50,856 nucleotides of DNA from an uncultured Methanotrichaceae archaeon (GCA_964418105.1 CAYQKI010000001.1:8892-59747); one strand, 5' to 3'; counted from the stretch's first letter, positions 29,622 to 39,809 are shown. A program made the numbers and translations. The notes: a model not told the origin generated them from the sequence alone.

Positions 29622-31385
29622 GTGCTGAATGATTTTATATTCTTTTTGTATATTATGATTCTTCTTTTTTTGGCTTTGTTAATTATATCATCTTTATCAA
29701 TAATGTTAATTTTTTCAGGATTTAAGATCTGCAGCGATTTTATTACCAGTTTTAACATTTTTTTAGATCAGTCCTCTAATATTGTAATTAACTTAACGAT
29801 TATCTTAGCATTCATTATAGCTATAATTTTATTATTTTTAATTGTAATTTGGATCTTCAAAGATACCAGCCTAATAATACTACCATTCGAAGTAGCTGAT
29901 AAAGAAGGATCGTATAATGGCAAATCCGTATCGATGCTTCTTGAAGCTGAAATACAAACGATCGCGGAAATACATGATTTTCAGTACCCGGTGGTCTTAC
30001 CTAAATTTAAGTCTGAAACCAAATCTGTATTAAGCTCCGGTTTTAGCCCAATACCCACTGCGGTTGTACAAATATCTCCACCGACTAGCGGGCTGAATAA
30101 CTCTCTCTTAAATTTGGGGACAATTGGACTTGGAACAACAGCAATATCGATAGGCCAACTCTTGATAACGCTAAAACGAAGCTGTCCATATCGAGCTTCG
30201 ACATGCATTATTTCTGGAAGTTTGCAGAATTATGGGTCTCGAGCTTGTCTGGTTGTCACCATTGAATCAGAGAGAAAATCACGGAAAATAGAATCGAGTA
30301 ATGATGCAGAGATCGGAGAATTTAAAGGGATGTCAATACCTGGCCTGATCAGAAATCTTTCATATAAAATTGTCTTTGAACTATCCAGGGATAATTTCCC
30401 AGAGTCAATGACGTGGTTGGAATTTAAATATATCACAGAAGCATTAAATAATTATTACTTATATATATTAAATGAAGACATGAAAAGACTTGATGATGCA
30501 GTTGACAAATCCTTAAGAGCGGCTGATTCCCGGAGAAATTACTTAGGCATTTCAAACTTGTTATATAATTTAGCGCTTATATTTCTCAATAAAGGAGATT
30601 ACAAAGAAGCCCAAAAAATGATGCAACGATCTTTAGAAATTAATGAATCAAATTCGGATGCATGGAACATATTAGGATTAATACTTGATGAGCTAGTTCA
30701 AAATGATGAGGCGATATCATGTTATGATAGGGCTATTAAAATTAATAATAAAAATACAAATGCCCTAAATAATAAAGGCTGGTCCTTATATCTACAGGGA
30801 AAGGAAAAATACAATGAGTCCATTAAATGTTTTGAAGGCGCATTAGATAATGATAAAAATATTCCAAACGTTTGGGATAATAAAGGGGTAGTCTATTTTG
30901 CTCAAGGACGCTATGAGGACGCACTTGAATGCTATGAAAAAGCAATAGAGCTTGACAAAGTTAAAAAATGGGCTGTACATAATGCTTTCTATAACAAAGC
31001 CAATACTCTAGTTAATTTAAAACGATATGATGAGGCTGTTTCAGCATATGAATCAGCAATAGATAAGGATGGAAGCTTCACACAGGCGATGGTATCGATT
31101 GCTGGTTTGTATAGAAAAATTGCCGAAAAAAAGTCCGGATCTGAAAAGAAGGAATTGATGAAAAAAAACAAAGATTATTGCAAGAAAGCAAAAGAATTAA
31201 TAAAAAGAGAAATCGAATATAATCAAGCATGCTATTATGCTATATGCGGAGATTCTAAAACATCATTAGAACTTTTGAAAAAAGCTTTAGAGAAAAAACA
31301 GCAAACTCTTGAATACATTCTAAAAGATCCGGATTTGGATTTTATCAGGAACGAATTAAAAAACTTTTTTGAGCATCCTACGTAA
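29622..31385 (+). CDS. AT-rich membrane-anchored tetratricopeptide repeat protein
   Basis: Two N-terminal TMs, TPRs (AWNILG, ALNNKG, VWDNKG, AFYNKA), terminal YNQACYYA..DPDL..IR. Confidence 0.85.
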   Translation: MLNDFIFFLYIMILLFLALLIISSLSIMLIFSGFKICSDFITSFNIFLDQSSNIVINLTIILAFIIAIILLFLIVIWIFKDTSLIILPFEVADKEGSYNGKSVSMLLEAEIQTIAEIHDFQYPVVLPKFKSETKSVLSSGFSPIPTAVVQISPPTSGLNNSLLNLGTIGLGTTAISIGQLLITLKRSCPYRASTCIISGSLQNYGSRACLVVTIESERKSRKIESSNDAEIGEFKGMSIPGLIRNLSYKIVFELSRDNFPESMTWLEFKYITEALNNYYLYILNEDMKRLDDAVDKSLRAADSRRNYLGISNLLYNLALIFLNKGDYKEAQKMMQRSLEINESNSDAWNILGLILDELVQNDEAISCYDRAIKINNKNTNALNNKGWSLYLQGKEKYNESIKCFEGALDNDKNIPNVWDNKGVVYFAQGRYEDALECYEKAIELDKVKKWAVHNAFYNKANTLVNLKRYDEAVSAYESAIDKDGSFTQAMVSIAGLYRKIAEKKSGSEKKELMKKNKDYCKKAKELIKREIEYNQACYYAICGDSKTSLELLKKALEKKQQTLEYILKDPDLDFIRNELKNFFEHPT

Positions 31386-31391
31386 TCACTC

Positions 31392-31660
31392 TCACAAAGG
31401 CAGCTCCTACATGGGATACCATCGGCTCTTATCTTTTCCAGGGGCGTTTCCTCCTCCTGGAGCTACTTCAATCGGAATTCCCTTAATGTATTCGCATCGC
31501 TCTGGCCGCTGCTTGCCGGAACGAATAGATGATAAGATCTCTACTCGAAGTTGTATATGTAGGTCCAGAAGATGACCGCATCGCCCCGGAAGCAGTAGAC
31601 TGCTGCTAGAAGCTACGCTTCAAAACCATGCTCCATCAGGATCTGGCTGACCATATCTGG
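31392..31660 (-). pseudogene. Degraded PspA-associated protein (PspAB-like) remnant
   Basis: Minus strand reads MVSQILMEHGFEA*LLAAVYCFRGDAVIFWTYIYNFE*RSYHLFVP..EFRLK*LQEEETPLEK, then a frameshift to RWYPM*ELPL*; matches the recalled PspAB C-terminal consensus; may extend to about 31820. Confidence 0.6.
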
Positions 31661-32009
31661 ATGCACGTCTGCATTACCACATCGATGCTGCCTGCTCTTG
31701 CCTATTGATGTACAGAGTCCAGAAGCCTCTGTGGCTGGCGGCCCGCTCCAAGATCATCTTTAGAGCTATGGTCTGGCCGGAACCTCGCTGTCCGATACGA
31801 TGTTGAAGTGCCTTTCTACCATGACATTATATTCTAGACCAGATGCCCGTCTTTGACGAAGAGAGACAGGCTGCAAAAGCGCCCGCCCACGGAGAAGAGC
31901 CCTCCCTTTTAGCAAGCTGTTTTGCTGCCTGGAAGAGAACTTGAAAAAAAAAATGAGCTGCTTTCTATGGGCTCATACTTCTAATAAATCCAGATTATCT
32001 CCGTCTAAA

Positions 32010-33620
32010 TCAGCTCGCCCCTCCCACAATCGGATACGCCCTCGACGGCGTATTGGGATACTTCTTCATGCTGGCCACGAGCTGCCGGTAGACCGTCTGG
32101 AAGGCCTCGATCACATAGTCATGCTCTCCGGCGATATTGTGCTCTTCTCCCGGGTCCATCTCGATGTTGTAGACCGCCGGGATCTGGGAGTAGTCGCTCT
32201 CCGGCCCCTGGAATGAGTCATACGCCGTCCGGATGACCTTGAACTGGTGCCAGCGCATGGCAGCGGGAAGCGTCGTGGCGGAGCTGTCCGTTCCCGTGTA
32301 CCAGACCACCCACTCCCGGCTGGAGTTGTCCTGCCTGCCCAGCAGGAAATCGGTCTGGTCCAGGCCGTCGATGGGCCGGTCGGAGGGAGTCTCTCCCTCA
32401 CCCAGGGAGGCGAATGTGGAAAACAGGTCCATTGAGCACATGATCTCATTGGAGACCCGTCCCTCCTCTATCTCGCCAGGCCAGCGGATTATGCAGGGAA
32501 CGCGCACGCCGCCCTCGTAGACTGTGCCGATTCCGCCCCGGAAGGGGGAAAAGCCGGAATCAGGCCACTGGTCGAGCGTCGGCCCGTTGTCGCTGGTGAA
32601 GACCACGATGGTGTTGTTGTCCTTGCCGATCTCCTTGAGAGTATCGATGACCTGGCCCACGTGATAGTCAGTCTCCATCACTCCATCGCCATACGGGCCG
32701 CGGCTGGACTCTCCGGCGAAATCGGAGTTGGGAACGCTGGGAAAGTGCGTCCTGGCCAGGGGCAGGTAGATGAAGAAGGGCTCTGTGGAGTTGGCCTGCT
32801 CCTTGATGTAGGCGATGGCCCTGTCCATGCACTGCTCATCCACTATTCCCAGGCTGCTGGTGTTCAGGGGCATGACCATGGTCAGACTCTCGCCCTTTTT
32901 AGCCTCCACCAGGCCATAATTGTCATTCAGCCCCTCAGCCCACTCCGGGTCGTAGCCGATGCGCTCTTTCAGGCTGTAGGTGTTCAGGTGGTAGAGTATA
33001 CCGAACCACTGGTCGAAGCCCATGTTCTGGGGCATGCTCTCCTCCACGTCTCCCAGGTGCCACTTGCCGAACATTGCCGTGCGGTAGCCGGCATCGGAGA
33101 GCACCTCTGCCAGTGTGGTCTCATTGGGCGACATGCCGGCGAGCGAGCCCGCCGCCGAGGCCAGCGTCATGCCGCTCCTGATGGGCAGCCTTCCGGTCAT
33201 GATCGCTGCCCTGGTGGGGGTGCACTGGGTCTCGGAGTAGAAGGAAGTGAGCCTCAGGCCCTCGGCAGCCATCTGGTCCATCCGGGGGGTGGGCGCGCCC
33301 AGCACTGCACCGCCGCCGTAGCAGCCGGGGTCCATGTAGCCCATGTTGTCTACGAGTATGATTATGATATTCGGCCTGGGCGGCTCAGGCATGACGTCCT
33401 CCGTCACAACCTCCGCCAGGGTGGAATTATTGGATAATGCATTTTTCCTGTTGGTCAGAACCTCCGCCCCAGGATTGTCGGGCGCTGCGCTGTCGGCTCC
33501 ATATCCCTTCAGGTCGTGCGGTATGGGGGACAGGCCGGTGTTTCCTGAATCCAGGCTGCAACCGGCAATCGAGATCATTAGGAATGCGGCAATTGCCAGT
33601 TGATATAGTAGTCTATTCAT
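32010..33620 (-). CDS. Exported arylsulfatase (Cys-type, CTPTR), possibly lipoprotein
   Basis: SD ggagg; signal peptide ending ISIAG-C; RPNIIIILVDNMG, QCTPTRAAIMTGR, GKWHLG, SDNG. Confidence 0.92.
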   Translation of the reverse strand: MNRLLYQLAIAAFLMISIAGCSLDSGNTGLSPIPHDLKGYGADSAAPDNPGAEVLTNRKNALSNNSTLAEVVTEDVMPEPPRPNIIIILVDNMGYMDPGCYGGGAVLGAPTPRMDQMAAEGLRLTSFYSETQCTPTRAAIMTGRLPIRSGMTLASAAGSLAGMSPNETTLAEVLSDAGYRTAMFGKWHLGDVEESMPQNMGFDQWFGILYHLNTYSLKERIGYDPEWAEGLNDNYGLVEAKKGESLTMVMPLNTSSLGIVDEQCMDRAIAYIKEQANSTEPFFIYLPLARTHFPSVPNSDFAGESSRGPYGDGVMETDYHVGQVIDTLKEIGKDNNTIVVFTSDNGPTLDQWPDSGFSPFRGGIGTVYEGGVRVPCIIRWPGEIEEGRVSNEIMCSMDLFSTFASLGEGETPSDRPIDGLDQTDFLLGRQDNSSREWVVWYTGTDSSATTLPAAMRWHQFKVIRTAYDSFQGPESDYSQIPAVYNIEMDPGEEHNIAGEHDYVIEAFQTVYRQLVASMKKYPNTPSRAYPIVGGAS

Positions 33621-33789
33621 AGTAGTAACCTCCGACAGTTTGTAACGGACTTTTGCGTATATCTATTTTCCCTCATAGTGGACTGAATTTTTATAGAAAG
33701 GCACATTTATTAAACTATGAATATTTCAGATTTAATTATTTTGCCTGATAGATGGATAAAAAGATATTGAATGAAGCCGAAAAAGATAA

Positions 33790-34605
33790 ATGCTTAATTG
33801 CGACTATTTATTTATCATGAAACAGGTGATATTCGTATTTTTATCTATTATAACTTATATTATTAGCTCAGCCGTAGTCGCGGAAGCAGATTCCATTACA
33901 GCTAAATATTATGATGATTTTGGGAAAAAGATGTATGCTCAGGGGATGTATGAAGAAGCTCTGAACATGCTAAATAATTCTACCAACGCTGACGAGGACT
34001 ATGCGGAGGCTTGGTTTGATAAGGGAAAGGCTTTATGTGCTTTGTGCAGGGAAGCGGAAGCAAATGAGGCCTGGGAAAAGGCCAGAGAACTCAATCACGA
34101 GAAGGCGATAATCTCGACGCCCGCTAATTGCTGCACAGATATTCCAAAAGTATCTGATAATCCTTCAGATTCCAGATCAATCACCTGGGATTTTGAGGCT
34201 GGCAATTTAAGAGGCTGGCATGCAATCGGAGGGGCCTTTGAAGGACAGCCTGAATGTAACTTTTCGGGTCTAAAAAGCCTTCAGGGCAAATGCTGGATAT
34301 CCTCGGACGACGAAGCTACGGGAATTCTAATATCATTGCCCTTCAGGATCCTTGGTGACAGAATAGATTTCCTGATAGGGGGATGCTCTAACTGCTCTGT
34401 GAGCCTCATCTCGAACGATTCTGTCGTTATGATTTCCCAGGGAAATGGCACAGATACAATTAATAAAGTTGTCTGGAATGTATCGGCATACAAGAGAGAG
34501 AGCGCTTATCTGAGACTATCAGATGGAAGTGCCAGCACAGGGGGGCATTTAAATTTCGATGATTTGAATTTCGACATCCCTCCTCGGCTGATAGATTCTC
34601 TATAA
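33790..34605 (+). CDS. Secreted TPR protein with C-terminal carbohydrate-binding-like beta-sandwich
   Basis: Signal peptide (likely start 33817), two TPRs, WDFEAG..TGILIS.PF.I....IDFLIGG..W.VS..GGHLNFDD. Confidence 0.7.
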   Translation: MLNCDYLFIMKQVIFVFLSIITYIISSAVVAEADSITAKYYDDFGKKMYAQGMYEEALNMLNNSTNADEDYAEAWFDKGKALCALCREAEANEAWEKARELNHEKAIISTPANCCTDIPKVSDNPSDSRSITWDFEAGNLRGWHAIGGAFEGQPECNFSGLKSLQGKCWISSDDEATGILISLPFRILGDRIDFLIGGCSNCSVSLISNDSVVMISQGNGTDTINKVVWNVSAYKRESAYLRLSDGSASTGGHLNFDDLNFDIPPRLIDSL

Positions 34606-34709
34606 TATCTTTTGAGAGCAGAAAATGATTAATGCGATAATCTATTTATCTTAAGAAGAATAACTATGAAGCGCTGAATTATAGAATCACTTACGAATAG
34701 CAAGAGGTT

Positions 34710-37469
34710 TTGATTATGAAATACAGTTCTATGTTATTATGGATTTTTTTAATCTTCTGCGTGATCATATTTACATCAAATGCTGAAGAGATTTCACCAG
34801 AGACCATCAAGAAGGTAAAACCATCTGTAGCCATTGTTTATGCTTATGACGGCAGCAGCAATGATCCTGTATCTCAAGGAAGTGGATTTTTTGTTGATGT
34901 TCGAGATAACCAAAGCTATATGATCACCAATTTTCATGTATTAAAGAGCATTCTTGGCACAGAAGGGCACATAGAAATTGATGCAAATATGGGCGGATAT
35001 GGTTTATATTCTACCAAACTTATTGTTAGCGAGGATATTTCTCATGACCTTATCTGCATCGCGGTGGATATTCCAGAGGGTTCTGCAGCGCCACCAACCC
35101 TACAGGTAAATAACTCTATGCCATCGGAAGGCGAATCCATTATTGTAGTTGGTATGCCTGATGAAGAAATGACAGTCTCGAACGGAATAATTTCTTCTAT
35201 TAGTGAGAATGCTCTGTATGGAGGGGAAGTGCTAAAGATTACAGCACCGATATACAAGGGATCAAGCGGCAGTCCCGTGATCAACTCGAAGGGAGAGGTT
35301 GTTGGAGTCGCCAGCTATTATAGCACAAAAAGTACGTATGGACCTTATTATGCCATTATCGGAGATGGAGTGATGAATCTAATATCATCTGCAGGCTCAA
35401 GCCAGGAAAAGGAGCTGAAGAATTTTGGCCTGACACTCAATGACAAGAATCGTTCTCAAGGCTATGACGCAGCAAGATCTAATGATTTTGAAGAAGCCAG
35501 CTCCTACTTCGGCAAAGTCGCGGAAGAGAATGAATCTGATACCGATGCGGCATTCCTTGCTGGCTATTGCAGCAAAGAGGCGGGACTATATGAGAATGCT
35601 ATAAACTATTACGATAATATCCTTGGAAAGAATCCTCAGGATGTGTCGGCACTAATCGGAAAAGGAGACGCTTTAATCAATCTGGGTAATTATAGTGAAG
35701 CTGTTGAGTGCTTCGACAGAGCTCTGGAGATCGGTTCAAATAGATTGGATGTTTGGATTTTAAAAGGGGATGCCCTATATAAAATAGAACTGTATAATGA
35801 ATCACTCAATGCCTATGAAAAAGCCCTGCTTATTGATCCAGAGGAGACGGCTGCTCTCCTGGGTAAAGGGCAAGCATTGAAGGCGATAGGAGAACATGAT
35901 AACGCAGAAGAAGCCTTTAAAGGTGTATTGGAACTCACAGATAAAGCTCTGGAATTGAATCCATATGATGTGGTGGCATGGAGCAATAAGGGAAGTGCAC
36001 TACAAGGCCTTGAAAAGCATGATGAGGCAATTCTTGCCTATAAAGAAGCCCTTAGAATAGAACCCGATGTCAAGGTTGTACTCATTAATATGGCAGCCTC
36101 GCTTACGGCATCTGAAAGATATGACGAGGCTATTGAAGCCTGCGATGCGGTTCTAAATATGAGCCAAAATGAAGCCTGGGCATGGGTATATAAATCAGAT
36201 GCTATATCTAATAAAGGAAACTATGAAGAAGCCCTTCAATGTATTGACAGGGCTCTGGAGATCAGCCCTTATGATCCTTATATATGGCAGCGCAAGGGAC
36301 AAATTTTGCAGTCCATGAATAAGAGCCACGAGGCCATTTTGGCTTTTGACAACGCAACCAGGCTCAACGCCAGATTTGTGAGTGCATGGCTGTCCAGGGG
36401 TTACACTTATGCTTCTATAGGTGACTATAATGAATCCATAGAATCCTATGAGAGAGCGCTTGAGATCGAACCTGATCTTATTGAAGCCTGGATTAGTATG
36501 GGCATCGCCTACAGCAATATAGGCAACCCCGACGAGGCAATCAGGTGCTTTGAGAAAGCATTGACTCTGGATATAGGCTCCTATGACGAGTTGATATGGA
36601 TGAGCAAAGGAAATCTCCTTCTGAACGTTGGGCGTTTTGAAGATGCTGCTGACGCTTACGATGCAGTCATAAAAATCAATTCATCACATGTGGAAGCCCT
36701 ATGCAACAGAGGGATAGCTCAAGAGAGAATGGGATCATATGAAGAGGCCCTGGAATCCTTTAACGGAGCACTTGAGATATCATCCAAAAATCAGGAAGCT
36801 TGGTTTGGAAAAGGCAGCGTCCTATTTAGCTTAGAAATGTTTACAGAAGCAGCTCAAGCCTTCCATGCTGCGGCCGAGTTGAAACCAGATGATGAGACCG
36901 CATGGCTAAATGAAGGTTTGGCTCTCTACAATTCGGCCAATTACAGCGAATCAATTGTGCCTCTGGAAAAGGCGATAAGCTTGAATCCAAAGAATGGAGC
37001 AGCATTGTCCGCCAAGGCAGCAGCCTTAAGTGCCCAAGGGCGCAATAATGAATCGATAGAGGCTTATGATGCCGCTCTCGCTTTAAATGAAACCGATGCA
37101 AACTTCTTTATAGGCAAAGGAAATGCACTTATGAACCTCGACAGGTTTGAAGAGGCAGTTTCATCATTTGATGCTGCCATAGCAGCCAGTCCGGAAGACA
37201 CAGAGGCTTCAGCAGAAGCCTTGTATTATAAGGGGATTGCCCAATATAACTGGGGTGCAAAATCTTCAGACTTCTCCAAGTTCGAGGAGGCTCTAAAATC
37301 TTTTGAAAGAGCCTTAGAGGTCATGGACATCGACTCACCCAACTGCCTTTCCGTATCCACCGACATATGGTTAGCAAAGAGCTATTGCCTTGAAGCCCTC
37401 GGGCGTAATGAGGAAGCTGAGGAAGCTCTAAATAAGCAAAAAGATATGATTGCCAGAGGAAGCTGCTAG
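34710..37469 (+). CDS. Secreted trypsin-like serine protease fused to a long TPR array
   Basis: QGSGFF, ITNFHV (His), HDL (Asp), GSSGSPV (Ser), then more than 15 TPR-like repeats; ATG at 34716. Confidence 0.9.
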   Translation: MIMKYSSMLLWIFLIFCVIIFTSNAEEISPETIKKVKPSVAIVYAYDGSSNDPVSQGSGFFVDVRDNQSYMITNFHVLKSILGTEGHIEIDANMGGYGLYSTKLIVSEDISHDLICIAVDIPEGSAAPPTLQVNNSMPSEGESIIVVGMPDEEMTVSNGIISSISENALYGGEVLKITAPIYKGSSGSPVINSKGEVVGVASYYSTKSTYGPYYAIIGDGVMNLISSAGSSQEKELKNFGLTLNDKNRSQGYDAARSNDFEEASSYFGKVAEENESDTDAAFLAGYCSKEAGLYENAINYYDNILGKNPQDVSALIGKGDALINLGNYSEAVECFDRALEIGSNRLDVWILKGDALYKIELYNESLNAYEKALLIDPEETAALLGKGQALKAIGEHDNAEEAFKGVLELTDKALELNPYDVVAWSNKGSALQGLEKHDEAILAYKEALRIEPDVKVVLINMAASLTASERYDEAIEACDAVLNMSQNEAWAWVYKSDAISNKGNYEEALQCIDRALEISPYDPYIWQRKGQILQSMNKSHEAILAFDNATRLNARFVSAWLSRGYTYASIGDYNESIESYERALEIEPDLIEAWISMGIAYSNIGNPDEAIRCFEKALTLDIGSYDELIWMSKGNLLLNVGRFEDAADAYDAVIKINSSHVEALCNRGIAQERMGSYEEALESFNGALEISSKNQEAWFGKGSVLFSLEMFTEAAQAFHAAAELKPDDETAWLNEGLALYNSANYSESIVPLEKAISLNPKNGAALSAKAAALSAQGRNNESIEAYDAALALNETDANFFIGKGNALMNLDRFEEAVSSFDAAIAASPEDTEASAEALYYKGIAQYNWGAKSSDFSKFEEALKSFERALEVMDIDSPNCLSVSTDIWLAKSYCLEALGRNEEAEEALNKQKDMIARGSC

Positions 37470-37536
37470 GTGCGCCGAGCAGTAATGGGCTTGAAATGGC
37501 AGAAGAAGAGGACTGGATAGGAAAGGAGATAATCGC

Positions 37537-38475
37537 ATGCTGAGCGGTATGATGGATAAAATCTATATGGCTGCATTGCTGGCGCTCCTTCTATTGCCTG
37601 TCTCCTTCGCCATTCCATCAAACAATGCAATGTCCTCAGAAGATTGGCTGAACAATTCCAAGACTTTTTTTAGAGAAAGCGATTTTGACAAATCCCTTTT
37701 CTGTGCGGAAAAGGCTATCGAAATGGATGCCTCCTTATCCAATGCCTGGTTCTTCAAAGGAGAATGCTTGAAGAAAAAAGGAAAACTCAGAGCATCCATT
37801 GCATCTTATGATATGGCATTGCAAATTAATCCCAGATATATCTTAGCCTGGAATTCGAGAGGTATTTCTCTCAATGGTTTGGGCAGGTATGAAGAAGCCA
37901 TCAATTGTTTCGACTGGATAATTGAGATCGAGAATATTAAAGATTCAGGCGCTTCAGAAAGCCTCAGAGAGGCTACAATGAATAAAGGCGAGGCTCTCAG
38001 GCAAATATACAGATACTCTGAAGCTTTAGAATGCTATGATGAGCTTGCCAGGTTCAATGATACATTGGCTTTGAGTGAAAAGGGAGTTTGTCTGGCTTAT
38101 CTGAAAAGATACGATGAAGCAATGCAATGCTTCAATGAAACTGTTGCCAGGACAAAAGCTCTCAAGAATGACAATAGTTATATCCGTGCAGAAATCAATA
38201 TGGGTATAGCCTTTCTCCTCCAGAAAGATCCAGATTCTGCTCTCGCCTGCTTCGATGAAGCGATAAGTTATGGCAAAGGCTATGATAAGATCTGGACCGC
38301 ATGGTTCTGCAAAGGCGTTGCTCTGGAGAGCCTTGATCGCAAAGAGGTGGCCAGTGGCGCGTTTCATGAAGCTGCTAGCCTGAGGATAAGGGAATTTCGG
38401 GAAAGATCCAAGCTTCAAGCAGCACAAGAACAGATAAAAGGATTTTTAGATATCTTTTGGAGGATAGCTTCATGA
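37537..38475 (+). CDS. Secreted tetratricopeptide repeat protein
   Basis: Signal peptide; AWFFKG, AWNSRG and AWFCKG TPRs. Confidence 0.85.
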   Translation: MLSGMMDKIYMAALLALLLLPVSFAIPSNNAMSSEDWLNNSKTFFRESDFDKSLFCAEKAIEMDASLSNAWFFKGECLKKKGKLRASIASYDMALQINPRYILAWNSRGISLNGLGRYEEAINCFDWIIEIENIKDSGASESLREATMNKGEALRQIYRYSEALECYDELARFNDTLALSEKGVCLAYLKRYDEAMQCFNETVARTKALKNDNSYIRAEINMGIAFLLQKDPDSALACFDEAISYGKGYDKIWTAWFCKGVALESLDRKEVASGAFHEAASLRIREFRERSKLQAAQEQIKGFLDIFWRIAS

Positions 38476-39764
38476 CCGGAAATCTGGATTTTAAAAGTCC
38501 GGAATCCAATGAAGAGAAGGACGCATATTCCGCCATATCTAAGTTCAGGGTTATCAAGAGCCCAAAGATTCAAAAAATCCTTTGGCTTCTTTTGATTTTT
38601 TTGCTGGCAAGAATAATCTTGGACACAGCGCTAAATGGATCTTTTGCTATAGATCACAATGCAGTTTTTCAATTGATAGCCCGCAATACAATTTATGTGG
38701 CGGCTGCCATAAATTTTATTCTATTTTTTCGGCTTATCCATTCCGTGCCCTTGGCACTGGAGAACCTCTGGGACAGAGGTATAATAAAAAGCCTTTCGGA
38801 GGAGAGAGATGCCAAGAAGGTTGGCTCGAATGATAAGGATAGCGTCAGCGAGAGATATTCACAAAACGGTTTAGATCAAGAGTATTGTGCCTTTATAAAT
38901 GAATTTGACTCAAAACTCAATTCTATCAAATGGCAGACCTTTATGGGAGCAGTCATGGCAGCGGCGGTTTTATCCAGATCTTTTTTTGAGTTCTGGTCGT
39001 GGCTACCTCGTGATTTTTGGATGGGATTGATATACCTTGCAGGGGGCCGCACAGCTCTGATCGAGGGAGTCAAGATGCATCTATGGGTCTTTTTGACTCA
39101 GTATTCACTTGAAGATCCCCTTGGCTTTCTCTCAGGAATAATCTTCGATCCTCTGCTTGGTTTCTTCCTTGGGCTGGTTACCTGGAAGATGTTGATCTCA
39201 GGCAGGTATTTCAGCCTCATTAACAAGAGGTTCAAGCTCCGTCCCATAATAGAGCATCCTGATGAAATTGGAGGTCTTGGTTGCCTTGGCAATATATATA
39301 TTCTCAATGCCAGCATGATAGGAATCTGGAGCGCTCTTTTTGTCAGTTGGCTGGTTTTGGGGCGAATAGCGGAAATTGAAAACTTGTATGTGCCGCTTAT
39401 CCTGGAGATGCTGACATTATTTGCCCTCGTAATTCCATTTTCTTTGCTGGTCCCCCTCTGGGATTTTTATAAGATGATGCAGAAGAATAAAGAATTAATT
39501 ATTAAAAGCCTTGACCTTCAAATATCACAATCCTTTTCACAGAAGGCCTACTCCGATTTGAAATCCAGCGATATTGGGGAGATAGAGCGCATAAGTCAGG
39601 CGTATTGCAGGGCATCAAGGCTTTCCGTTTGGTCTTTCGGAAAAGCAACATTAGCTGGAATTGTCTTATCTCAGATATTAACCTATCTAGGTGCTTCGGT
39701 AAGCTTTTTTAAGGTGTTAAATCTAATTCAAAGTGTTTCTCAGGAGATAAGCCAATTGCTGTGA
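38472..39764 (+). CDS. Multi-pass membrane protein of unknown function
   Basis: ATGA overlap with the upstream TPR gene; about 7 TMs; HPDEIGGLG motif. Confidence 0.75.
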   Translation: MTGNLDFKSPESNEEKDAYSAISKFRVIKSPKIQKILWLLLIFLLARIILDTALNGSFAIDHNAVFQLIARNTIYVAAAINFILFFRLIHSVPLALENLWDRGIIKSLSEERDAKKVGSNDKDSVSERYSQNGLDQEYCAFINEFDSKLNSIKWQTFMGAVMAAAVLSRSFFEFWSWLPRDFWMGLIYLAGGRTALIEGVKMHLWVFLTQYSLEDPLGFLSGIIFDPLLGFFLGLVTWKMLISGRYFSLINKRFKLRPIIEHPDEIGGLGCLGNIYILNASMIGIWSALFVSWLVLGRIAEIENLYVPLILEMLTLFALVIPFSLLVPLWDFYKMMQKNKELIIKSLDLQISQSFSQKAYSDLKSSDIGEIERISQAYCRASRLSVWSFGKATLAGIVLSQILTYLGASVSFFKVLNLIQSVSQEISQLL

Positions 39765-39809
39765 GATAGAGGCCCAACCACGGGCAGTGTTGAGACAACA
39801 TCATAGCTT

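Noticed and set aside
31392-31660. Four in-frame TAG codons as pyrrolysine readthrough
   Set aside because: A frameshift is also required; TAG is a normal stop elsewhere in the window (e.g. 1771, 18615, 21481, 37467); each TAG is one substitution from a plausible CAG, TCG or TGG codon
9730-33437. Long antisense or alternate-frame ORFs (e.g. 9730-10503, 11244-12029, 13943-14884, 23277-24137, 24610-25494, 32661-33437)
   Set aside because: Shadow ORFs of GC-rich, codon-biased genes; no motifs and fully overlapped by well-supported CDSs
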